Assembly: GCA_964187785.1 (NCBI GenBank)
Contig: OZ076409.1
Location: 34,598,001 to 34,662,000 of the forward strand
From: Amphiscolops sp. MND2022
Lineage: Eukaryota
DNA: 64,000 nucleotides
Reading direction: 5' to 3'
Shown here: positions 11,432-21,900 of the stretch, in pieces
Layout: each line of letters begins with the position of its first letter
Numbering within the stretch: the stretch's first letter is position 1
Notes under the pieces: model-generated
What the model was told of the DNA's origin: nothing
Database searches by the model: none
The model's input: only the letters and a program-made list of their open reading frames with translations
Position numbers and translations under genes: made by a program

Positions 11432-12424
11432 GAGAAGGGGATTTGAGTTTCAAAGTTAATTGCAAATATCAACTAACAAGATAATCCAAATCAACAAAGT
11501 ATGTATTAGCAGAGTTTTAAACTCAAGGTTCAGTATCGTGACAATATTATATTGACTTGTTTGTATCAAGATTGTGAAAGTTTTTCCCTCTCTCTCCAGT
11601 GTTCCCGCTCTTTATAGTTTGGGTGGCGTTACACACAGAATTATGCGAGTCATGGTTCTAAAAATAGCAATAGGTGGGGTTTTAGAACAGCTCTAGGGAC
11701 ATTACGTCACTATTTCATCATGTCTATAAGGACAAAAATAGCATCAAAGAGAAGCGGCTAAAGGTTGTAGTTGGAGATTATGACGTAATATAAATATGCA
11801 TGGAGGAATATTATTATGCCTGAATATACTATTTACATGTTTATATTTCCAATAATAACAGTACATGTCATTAGAATAATCACAAACAGTGTGAGTGGCA
11901 ATTACGCCAAATCGGACGTAACGTCCATGCGGCGTCACCAATTGTATAGCTAGTTCGATTTGATTGGTTAATATAGCACTCGACGTTGCGTACAATCAGC
12001 CACAATAACAGTACATTTGAACACGTTTCCTTACTGTGCTTCAATTGCATTCTAATACAGCATTCAAATTGATCATTTTACATTGCTAATTCCAATTCAT
12101 TTGGTACATTACTATTTCAACAATAATCAACAGGTAAATCAAGCACAAACTAACTATAATATTAAGCAACGGTAAATTACATAAAGTAGAGTGTTTTGTG
12201 ATTAATTTTAACACAATTGTTTGATGAGGCCGTATCGACCTAAGGTCCTTTATGTTTTGGACGCAGTTTCTCTATATTTGCCTCAATTTGAGTGAGGCCA
12301 TCCGTACCATCGGTCCATTGTTGTCAAACCTTCTAAATAGGGAGTACTCCTGGCGGGGGGTTAGATAGATCGTTTACTGAAGGGATCTGGTAGTAATTGC
12401 TGTCACAGGCGGCAGCCTGCGACA
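10789..12424 (-). repeat. Element B 3' LTR (1636 bp)
   Basis: Direct repeat of 25158-26794; about 17 substitutions counted by eye in the first 643 bp. Confidence 0.96.
11611..11667 (-). promoter_or_regulatory. Putative LTR promoter of element B (3' LTR copy): MEF2-consensus site 11658-11667 and TATAAA 11616-11611
   Basis: CTAAAAATAG lies 41 nt upstream of TATAAA on the minus strand; the 5' LTR copy is at 25981-26037. Confidence 0.55.
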
Positions 12425-13319
12425 GTCCCCCTGGGACTAGAATCACACTGCCGGCTTTCATTCCGGCTTGAAAAGCATTTCTCCTGCGAATCCTTTGAAT
12501 GTAATTTTCCTCAGGGATGTGTGTTTCCTCTAAATATCCCAAAGTATTCTCTTCTTGAATAGCCGCGTAAGACTTACCACACACTGTACATCCTCCATAT
12601 TGGATATAGTTGGGTGTTCCACAAATTCCGCTCGCACTAATTGTCATCCCGGAAATGTGGGGTTTTTTAATCCATTCACTTTCCTGACCTTGTTCTTCAG
12701 GGTATTCGCCATAATACTGTGCGACTGAAGGCCCTTGTTCCTCTAACGGTGGTGACAATGGGGAATAAGGTATTGGTTCCAATCCACTACACTGGGCAAT
12801 CTGGTGCCGCGAGTCTCCCTCTTTATATGTCCGTTGGGGTGGGTTCCCAACGAACCATTCAATCAGGCTATCGGATGGATCCATGGTTGACGCCACTGAT
12901 CCGGGTTGTCCATAATGCGATTGAGTTAGGTCGTACTCGTTAGCATCAAATTCGGTCGTCATTGCGCGTCCTCCCGCTAGTTGTGGTGGGAACATCGGGA
13001 CTTCTCTATAGCACGCTATAATTTCAATATCACTGTCGCACCCATCGTCTTGTTGAGAGTCTATTGGTATAGAAAGCACATCCACTTCCATATCCTCGTC
13101 AGAAGAATTATCAACTTCGCTCACTAGCGGTCCGATGAATTCTTCTACATTAAATTGTAGTGACATCTCAGCTAGATATCTTTCCAAAATAAGTTTTTGG
13201 CTATTTTGAATTGTGCTGCTTGATCGTAGTAAAGATTTGAGTTGAATGATTTGCTCTAGCCCGGCAGACCTCAGGTCCACTTTCGATAAGTTGGCGGGAA
13301 ATTTCAAGCGGGGTAACAT
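12333..13319 (-). CDS. ORF3 of element B: 328-aa acidic, proline-rich accessory protein of unknown function with a CxxC; overlaps the PPT and 3' LTR
   Basis: Uninterrupted ORF homologous to element A 7837-8567 (ERYLAEMS/DRYMSDIS, SSDED/SSDEE, PLSPP/PMSPP, PGGxSQAAACD). No evident signal peptide or transmembrane segment. Confidence 0.8.
   Translation of the reverse strand: MLPRLKFPANLSKVDLRSAGLEQIIQLKSLLRSSSTIQNSQKLILERYLAEMSLQFNVEEFIGPLVSEVDNSSDEDMEVDVLSIPIDSQQDDGCDSDIEIIACYREVPMFPPQLAGGRAMTTEFDANEYDLTQSHYGQPGSVASTMDPSDSLIEWFVGNPPQRTYKEGDSRHQIAQCSGLEPIPYSPLSPPLEEQGPSVAQYYGEYPEEQGQESEWIKKPHISGMTISASGICGTPNYIQYGGCTVCGKSYAAIQEENTLGYLEETHIPEENYIQRIRRRNAFQAGMKAGSVILVPGGLSQAAACDSNYYQIPSVNDLSNPPPGVLPI
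12425..12434 (-). other. Polypurine tract CCAGGGGGAC (element B)
   Basis: Directly upstream of the 3' LTR start on the minus strand. Confidence 0.8.
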
Positions 13320-14170
13320 AACTTGGAGTTTCCTCAGATTTTCCTCGGATTCCTTTTAAGTAAAGTTATATGTTTTCATAAATAGTAGCAGAAATCAGCT
13401 GAAAAGCTTCTCAATTGGTCCCTGAAGGCCTATCATCGTATTTGTCTAACAACTAGTGAGTTGTAAATTGCCAGTAACAGTGTTTACCAATGTTAAAGAC
13501 TGGTAAACAATAACTCGATCAAAGACCGACGGTCCGGCAGGCCTCATTCAAGATAAGACTAATGGCGTTTCATTAACCAATAATTCGCATGATTGAATAA
13601 CTAAATATGGTAAGGGAGATCAAAACTGTGAAGAACACAATTGAGTCGTACCTTTTAATTGCGAAATAAATTGAAATTTCATGGCTTTCACTGGCAGGTT
13701 CAAGACATGAGAAATGTGATAATGAAATGAAATGGTAGTGAATGGTAACTAATTGTTAAAGTACTAGCCACGACATCCATTTGTAGTTTAGCGTCTCATA
13801 AAAGTCTCAATAGTATTAGTCAGACTGTTAGTCTAGTTGGGTAAAAGTGCGTAGACAGGTGAGTATTGTATTGTGAATAATATATGAATAAAAGTATAAG
13901 TGCTTGAGGTACAGTAAACCCAACTGTCGTCATTTCTCTAACTACAAGTTACTTTCACTGGTTACTTCATCGATTCGTTCAAAGTGCTTCCCTCACTATC
14001 GGAGTGAACAGAACACGAGGACCTATAGTCTCCCTGGCCTCAACCAATTGTTTATCCAGATTCTCTAACCTGAGCAGGTTACAAACGCATCCCCTTCGAC
14101 AGCTATTCCAAGCAAGAATTCTGCTTCCCCACTATGGAGATAGCATCAGGTTGGTTCTTTAAATGTGTCT

Positions 14171-14293
14171 AAGTTGAACTTGATCAAGGTTCAACTTTTG
14201 ACTAGATTCACTTCCTCCATTTTAAAATGTTTTCACGTTGAAACATTAATTTGAACATAACTTACTTCCGGAAGATTGTCAAAATGCGGCAAA
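14171..14293 (+). promoter_or_regulatory. Putative promoter of the element B antisense gene
   Basis: Near-palindrome AAGTTGAACTTGATCAAGGTTCAACTT, then AGATTCAC, GTTTTCAC and ACTTCCGGAAG (14264-14274) before the ATG at 14294. Motif order is shared with element A. Confidence 0.55.
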
Positions 14294-14564
14294 ATGGATT
14301 CATATTCAGGAAGTACACCGCGTAAATTTATCTCTTTCTATTTAGAACAAGAGACTAACGGCCAACCAACTCAGAAATTAGCTGAGGTTGAAGAGACTGA
14401 CAGGAACGAATTTTCAATCCCTGATACTGCTCACGATTTTCCAACCAGCAATCAACAATCGTCGAGTGAAATCAAAGAGAACGAGGTCAAACAATTACAG
14501 GCTCCCGACCCCTCGCACAGCAACAGTCGAGTAATAGCAGAGGGTAAGGACATTGAGCTCTGCC

Positions 14565-14780
14565 CGCCTCAGACATCTGAACTTGCCAAGGAGGACCAGC
14601 CAATGACTGAAGCCATGGACACAGAGTCCAACCAGCCTCAAACATCAGGACCTCCCAAGAGGGACCAGCCAATGATTGAAGCCATGGACACTGAGTCCAA
14701 CCAGCCTCAAACATCAGAACCTCCCAAGAAGGACCAGCCAATGACTGAACCCATGGACACAGAGTCCAGTCAGCCTCAGA
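14565..14780 (+). repeat. 69-bp coding tandem repeat, about 3 copies (DQPMTEAMDTESNQPQTSGPPKR)
   Basis: GACCAGCCAATGA begins at 14594, 14663 and 14732. Confidence 0.92.
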
Positions 14781-16625
14781 GTCATGAAGCTGCTTCCAGT
14801 AGCCAGCATGTTCAAGCAGAAGTCATGCAAATTGGGGTTAGCCAAGATCAGACTCCAACAGAGGTTTCGCCGTTGTCTAAGCTGCTTTGATCTGACGGAA
14901 GTGAATCAAATGAGAGCTGCCAGGCATTTTTCACGCGCAAAATGCAAGAACTTGGTACTGAGACCAACGAGGAGGGAACCCTAGCGGACCATGAAGCCTC
15001 CCAGAAGGAGAGTGAAAGTGAGTTAATAACTGTCTTTCCTGGCCAAGAGCAAAAGGAACGACCAGACCGACAGTTTCATCAGGTTCCTGCTGTAACATTC
15101 TTAGATACTGTTACAGCGTATTCGGCTTCAAGCAATTCCTCTGCCATTGGGAATTCTAAGAAAAGAGCCAAATTAGTACGACCTGCTACTCCTTTGCGCC
15201 CAGCTTTGCAGGACGATACCTCTAGTGAGCCGTCGTCCATAGCTTCTTCCACAACATCTAATGGTCTCCATCATGGCTTTGGTGAACCAGAGCAACCGAT
15301 CCGAACGGGTAGCAGCTCTGATAATGGGCTTGAGACCGATGCTGAGTCATCTAATGCAGGTGGTTCTACTATGGCCGATGCCCTAACTTCCGGGAGGTAC
15401 AATCCCTTGGTCGAAGTCGACAAAGCCTCCAGTCAATCAGCAAGTTTACCTCCTGCTCCAGCTGGTAAACCTGAACCGCTAAAAGTCAGTAGCTGAGCTC
15501 TATTGAAAGAGTATTTTTCTAAAACTGAACAGGTTGAGTTGCTTCGAGGTCACTCTACCATAGCCTTGACTGAAGATCAGATATCTAGCGTACTGAGGGT
15601 CGTAGCCGATGAGACTGCCAGGGCTTCTTACGAAGTGCTCGAGAATCTGGTATTCCGTGCCTGCATTCTTAGCTTAAACACCTCGGTACCAGGCAGGAGA
15701 GTCTCCAAGAAGTTTAATGTACGTAGCCTTTCACAGGGATCTGATCAAGGCGAATCCGAAACTGAAGCGGGAAGTGACACTAGTCATGGTATCCGTAGTG
15801 ATGACGACTTCGGGAGAATTGGCTACGCATATGAGCACTCCGAAACTGAAATAATTGGCAGACCACCTACTGCACAGCTCATTCCTGGGTGTGGCTCTAA
15901 TGACCAAGCGTCCCCTTGAGTTCAGCGTCAATAGTCCAGGATCTCAGACCCTTGCGGCGCTACAAAGAGAAGCCTTGCAGGATCAGAGTTCAAGTCGGGG
16001 CAATCCCAGCAACCGACGCATTCCCGCATCGAGAGGACGTACTAGGAGGCCGATTACTCGCTCCTGTAAGGTCATGAAGGAGGCGTATTTTAAGGGTATG
16101 GAGTGGACGAAGACTTTCGTGTCAGGGTCAGTCGATCCGCGATGGAACCCTTACAAATTTTATTGTCAAATTTGCAAGGCAAACATATCAATATATGGAA
16201 AAGGAGCCCGAGAAATCTTGCGACACCACTCTACCGAAAAGCACTTGAGGAAAGACCAAAGGTGGAGGTTCGAGCATCTATCTAAGGTAGACCCAGTTAC
16301 CCGCAAAGTTGTGCATCAAGTCAGGGGTAAAGACGGCAAACTCCTCACACCTTACCAGCTTGAGTTAGAATACCCAAAGTTCAAGGGTGTACCGTTGGTG
16401 GATATCGGCAAGAAGCTACCATTTTATGACGAATTCATGGCGGGTACTGATTACATGGCATCTTCTTTGGGCGACCGAGCAAAAATTCAGATTTCCATTT
16501 TGTGCCGATTTCTCACCCATTATGGGGATATTGATGTGCTCAAAGGATTCTGGAGCGACGTGGGAGTGATTGTGAACCACCAGGCACTGTTCACAGACTT
16601 CGATTGGAGCAGGGAAAGACTTTCA

Positions 16626-16759
16626 GTTAGTATTTTCACTTTACTCGGGCGTGTACATTGTTAGAGAATTGTAGTGGACCTAAGGTTCTTTCAGCCTCAT
16701 GCTAGGCGAGGTCGCCTAACTAGCTAAATTCTGACATAAAAGGCAAGATTGTGTTATAG
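16626..16759 (+). other. Predicted intron 1 (134 nt, phase 0) of the antisense gene
   Basis: CTTTCA|GTTAGT...GTGTTATAG|GTCATCTTCCATCAC joins RERLS|VIFHHLFLEMM in frame with ORF 16787. Confidence 0.8.
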
Positions 16760-17235
16760 GTCATCTTCCATCACTTATTCCTTGAGATGATGAATCACAT
16801 TGGAAGCCATATCTCTGAGTATTCTTTGGAATTCGCTCAAGAAGGAGTTTTCCTGCTGGTATTTATCCGATTTTGGCGTGATGACCAAATGTGTAAGGTC
16901 TTCTTGAAAAGGACCGGACGTCTCCTCAGCATCACTCAAGCTGAGGTGAGGCTTGTTTCCAACGTCATGGGCGTATTCTCAACGAAGCCCCACTTAGTCA
17001 GTTGTACTGGAACAACGCACCGAAGTATCGTCTTGCTGGACCAATGCCCCTACGCAGCTTATGGAATCCAGAGTCCCCCCGTTTTGAAGAGCTGTCTCTG
17101 AAGACCATAATGCATAAGAAGGGGTACAGTGTGTTCGGAAAAATATACTTCTTCTCGGTTGTGCAATTTGTCATCGTGTGTCTGGGAGGCTGTCTAGATC
17201 AGGACTGGATGTTGGTGTCTCCTGAATTGTCGAAG

Positions 17236-17305
17236 GTTGGTTTAAGACTTTGTTCTTTGCATCTAGCTCCTAGGATTTTAGACTGAGCCCTTCTTTTGTA
17301 TTCAG
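17236..17305 (+). other. Predicted intron 2 (70 nt, phase 0)
   Basis: TCGAAG|GTTGGT...TTCTTTTGTATTCAG|GCAATT joins the ORF 17002 frame to the ORF 17324 frame (one TAA remains at 17321). Confidence 0.65.
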
Positions 17306-17440
17306 GCAATTAGATCATGCTAATTGGATATCAATGGTCTACCAGTCCTCTGCCAAGAACTGTTGCGTCACTGGAGCAAAGTGGTTACTTTCTTGTCGAA
17401 AAGCACCCCTACCCAAGAAGGCACAGGAGTCCGCAAACAA

Positions 17441-17507
17441 GTAAGAGTTCTCTGGCTCCTTAGACCTACGGTCCAATGCAGTTTCTCAACTGAGTGTTTC
17501 TTTTCAG
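17441..17507 (+). other. Predicted intron 3 (67 nt, phase 0)
   Basis: AAACAA|GTAAGA...GTTTCTTTTCAG|CCCCAG; the following 82-nt exon is open (PQSLEWSLVYDDFFPSRLELFYRLVRD). Confidence 0.7.
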
Positions 17508-17589
17508 CCCCAGAGCTTAGAATGGTCTCTTGTTTACGACGACTTCTTTCCAAGTAGACTCGAGTTGTTCTACCGATTAGTGCGCGATT

Positions 17590-17657
17590 GTTAGTGTTGT
17601 CATTCATAGTTTTGCCATATACCATTGGGTTCAAAGTTTTCACTCATTCTTTTATAG
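17590..17657 (+). other. Predicted intron 4 (68 nt, phase 1)
   Basis: GATT|GTTAGT...TTCTTTTATAG|TCACC restores the frame of ORF 17588-18946 (LVRD-F-TSSFTTNLKRRR). Confidence 0.7.
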
Positions 17658-18972
17658 TCACCAGCAGTTTCACCACCAATCTCAAGCGGCGCCGTGATCG
17701 AGGCTTCCATGTGTATCGAGAGCTAGGTCAATATCTCTTCAAGCTGGGCAGACGTTGCGTCAGTTCCAGCAGCATTCCTGAAGAAAGTGATTTTCCCGGG
17801 GTCTACAGTCTCGTTATGGCTGACACTAAGGCTCTGTCAGTAGCTGACTTCCTGTCCCGGTCCAAATTGAGCGAAAAACTAGCAACTGCATGCAAGCTGA
17901 AAGCGGAAGCCGAGATGAGTGAGAAGAAAAACGAAAAGCTGACTCCAGCTGAAGTTACAGAGAACATTAAAGCTGATTTTGGACGCACTGCTCGTAGTTA
18001 TGTAGTCACCCTATTCGGTACTGCTCAGAAGCTCCAGAGATTCACCAGCGATATAGTGAGAGGACTGGGTTCTTTTGATTTGGACGTGATGTTGGTCGAC
18101 CCAATATCTTTGGCGACCTTTTGTTTCAAGGAGTTGTTTACCAGTTTCCGTTTGCGAGGTGTGTTGCTGGCAGACGAAGAGACGATTTACTTCGAAGAGT
18201 ATTTCTCATTTCTTGACGAACTCCGCAAACTTCACCCCAACATCTCCCAGCCAAAACTGCTTATTCCTGACGTTATTGAGTTTGTGTGTGGACAGGAGTC
18301 CTACAGGTCTCGACCTCATCTCATGAGGATTTTCAGACTCAGTTGTCTTTGTCTAGATGCTCCTCGCGTCTCCTTTCCCCCTGTCAAGTTTGGGACAGTC
18401 CATACTGATGACCCAAAAAGTCCAATGTTCGATGTTGTTACACCGTTGCAATCGTACCTCAGCAATGTTGCCCGCGGGGTAGAAGTTTTCACCTCAGAGT
18501 CTTCGATCTCCTATTTTCCCGCTCTGGAACCGACTTTTGGGTCAACTGGGCTAAGGGGCATTTACAGTCCCTGGAGTGACTTGGATAAGTTTGGATGGGC
18601 TGAGATCAATGACGTCATCAATAGTGTGACGCCCAAAGGCCCGAAGGTCTCCGCCGCAGAGGATGCCCCTAGTACCAGTAAAGCCTCATCGTCTTTTATG
18701 GTGCCAAAGCCAGGGAAGAGGCGTAGTCACTTGATTTCAGATGAAGAGCTAAACAAGTCCGCTGAGCGTTTAAATGCTAGTTTAGATAAGTCCTTATTGT
18801 ACCATATGTACAATTGTCATTTTAGTTTTTTGTACAGTGCTTCTAAAACTTTTCGTATAGACACTTTGGGATTCTATTTAGTGTTACTGTATTCTTTGTC
18901 TTTTATTCAGTCAATTCCGCAAAGATACTATTCTGCAATTGTTTAATCAGGACAGTTAATTTACAATTCTGG

Positions 18973-21900
18973 CTAATATCTGTATTCGTCGTTAAAGTTG
19001 GAGGTGGGGTTAGGTCGTAGGTTATATTTTCCTCCCCTAGGGCAAATCTAATACTTCGGACACGATAGTATCACTCCCTCCTGACGATTGTTGATCGTCA
19101 ATCCCATCATTTATGCGTTCTGAACGTGTTTTTTTCAAGCGGAGCGAATTCATCATTTTCGTGTGGCCCTGTGGACCTAAGGTCCACGTCGGTGAAAGTT
19201 TCGTCTGGCGCTCTGGCGCTCTGGCGTCATTTTCTTGAGGCCTGGTGGACGTAACGTCCACGTCGGTGAAAATTTCGTCCGGCGCTCTGGTATTGTTGGC
19301 GTAATCATTAGAAGTGTCTAGCGCTTCTCGACATGTAGGAATTGCGGTTTCTTCAGTGGAATTGGGAAATTCTCCGAAATTGGTATCCCAAGTGATGACA
19401 TATAGGTCATCTTGCGGAATAATAATTTCATCGTCCGGTTGCAAATTCCCTTCCGGTCTGGTGTCTCGTAGGACTGTGTTCGGTTCATATTTGCGTAGTC
19501 TGATGCGGTGTAAAATTTGCGTTTTGTTAGAATTTAGTTTTCTGACTATATAGTTTTCATTTGGCAAGACATTTTCTACCATATAGGGTCCTGTCCATCT
19601 GTATTCGCGAAATGGAATTTTCGATCCCTGGTGGTCGGCGATAGGTTGCAGTATAAAACAGTAGTCGTTCTGTTTCAAGGGGGCCGCTTTGGCCTTCCGG
19701 TCGTAATATTCTTTGTACTTCAAATAGGATTGCATAATGTTTTTCTTTGTTTAATCAAGTAAAATTTGCGTCCGGCGCTGAAAATCATCTGCAAAGTCTG
19801 TGGTTGGTAGGACTTTCGGGTTGGGATTAAGGCCCAATTTGTGATCCAATATATTATACGGAATTCGTCCGTGAAATATTCTAGATGGTTCACAACCTAG
19901 GGTAGCGTGATAGGTCGTATTATAATTTAATACGGCTAAAGGCAAATGTTTGTGCCACTGTCGCCTGTAGTCCCCTGAGGCCATCTTGAGGTTTGTTTTG
20001 AGACTGGCATGGGTACGTTCTAATTTGCTTATTGTTTGCGGGTAATTGTAGTTGCGCATTTTATTCGAATTCCGAGAATTTGAGCTACTTCGGCGACCAG
20101 TCTGGACGTAAAAGCCGTCCCTTTATCCGTGATCAAGGTAGTAGGCAAATAGGTATGTTTGGTCATTATGTCTATAATAACCTTTGCCGTGTTTGTGGCC
20201 GAAGCGTCAGTAACTGGATATGCAAAAAGATATCTTGAAAACACATCCATTGCAGTTATGATGTTTTCATAACCTCCGCTGGGGGGCAGGTTCGGTAACA
20301 AATCATTTTGCATTGCGTCTTCCGGACCTAAGTCCCATTCAGGCAAGTTGAGCAATTCGGGAGTTATGGATGGGTTTGGGACTCTTTTTTCTTTAATGCA
20401 AATTTCGCATCCTTGAACCCATTTTTTAACAATTTTTGCAATGCCAGGGTAGTAATATTTTTGGCGAATTCCGACGAGCATCTTGGATATTCCAGGGTGT
20501 TTATTGGCTTTGCCGTGTAGGGATTCAAATAGTTCATGTACCAGATGTTTAGGTAAAAGCATCTGATTGTATTTGACAGCTCCTGTTTCATCAAAATACT
20601 GTCTAGTAATAATTTCATCCATAACGGACAGTCGGTCCATTTGGCGACAGTAATGTTGGTAACGAGTATCTTGCAGGAGGATGGTCTCAGAATACCTTTC
20701 TTTCAGTATTTTTAGGCGCAATTGTTGCAAAATGACGTCGTTGTTTTGCTCCACTGCTATAGAGTTCGTGTAGGATAGTTTTTGAAGCGTGGAGAGTTTG
20801 TGATAGTCACTTTTGTGTGTAGTAAATTTTTCGAATAAAATATCAGGTATTTGATTTGATGGATGGTCCCTAGCGTCTTTTTTGCGCTGTAAAATTTGTT
20901 CTTCCGTCTCGTCATCATCCTCTGTATAGAAGATTTGTTCCTCTTCCGAAACTCCGGCCGATTGGACATGTAGTTCGATCGGTGTTGTAGGAATATCTTC
21001 TCTGATTCTGAGGAATAATTTCTCTTTTGGAGAGATCTCCAGACGTGACAGGTAATCAGCCGCTGTGTTGTTTTTGCCAGGGATGTGTGCTATTGTGAAG
21101 TTGAACTGGATTACATAATCACAAGCATTCCATAATGTCGGCGGAATAATTTTAGTTTGAAAAAATCGCGTGACGGACTTGTTGTCCGTGAGTATAATCA
21201 CCGGTTTTGGGGTTCCCCAAAAGATATGTCCAAATTCCTTGAAGGCAAAGAAAATTGCTAAGAATTCCTTGGCATAGATGGACATTTTCAATTGGGTAGG
21301 ACTGAAGGTCTTGGATCCATAAGCTACTGGTGCGAAAGCTTTCCTCGTAGAAGTGTACTTCTCGAGTGGATCGTCCTCGATGAGAACTGCGTACCCTGCG
21401 GCCGAATAGCTGGCATCGGTCATAAGGGCTATCTGCTTGTTCGGTAAGGGTTGTTTGAGTGCCAGTTCGCAACATCGATCAAGAGCCTTGTTTATCTCGG
21501 TAAATTGTGCCAATAGGTCCGGTGTTACCAGGACTTTTTCATCTTTAGTGAGCAGTTTGAAAAACGGCGTTAGTTTTTCTGATAGTCTTGAGATGTAGTT
21601 TCGGTAATAGTTCAAAAATCCCAAGTAACGCTGTAGCGCTTTCTTGGATTTCGGGAATTTCGTATTTTCTAGGAAATTTTGGACCCGTGGTCTCTGTGGC
21701 TTCACTCCAGCAGGAGTGATGGTGCGTCCCCGAAAGTCGATTTCCGTTGCGCCAAAATGGCATTTATGAATCGTATGCTTGAGACCGGCTTTTTGTGTGC
21801 ATTGGAATGTGGCCCTCAGGTTGTTGACGAGTTCTTCAGCATCGTTAGCAGCATTGCCAATATCATCAACATATTGCGCGCATTGGTCTGCTTTGATGAC

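Larger units (their letters stand above)
14294..18946 (+). pseudogene. Antisense, intron-containing accessory gene of element B: low-complexity N-terminus, C2H2/BED-like finger, possible degenerate hAT-transposase-like body (a few stops and frameshifts in this copy)
   Basis: Chain of + strand ORFs (14276-14890, 14942-15496, 15503-15919, 15855-16664, 16787-17101, 17002-17286, 17324-17557, 17588-18946). Motif FYCQICKANISIYGKGAREILRHHSTEKH; four frame-restoring GT-AG introns; homolog in element A. Confidence 0.85.

Noticed and set aside
12333..13319. ORF3 as an env gene
   Set aside because: It occupies the env position but is acidic and proline-rich, with no signal peptide or transmembrane anchor.
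14313..14345. Tiny intron right after MDSYSG (GT...TTTCTATTTAG)
   Set aside because: Only about 33 nt long, and the unspliced frame gives FISFY.E in both elements, so it is more simply coding. Not fully excluded.
14294..18946. Antisense gene as an independent nested transposon or host gene
   Set aside because: No TIRs or TSD were seen, and the homolog has the same position, orientation and upstream motifs in the diverged element A.
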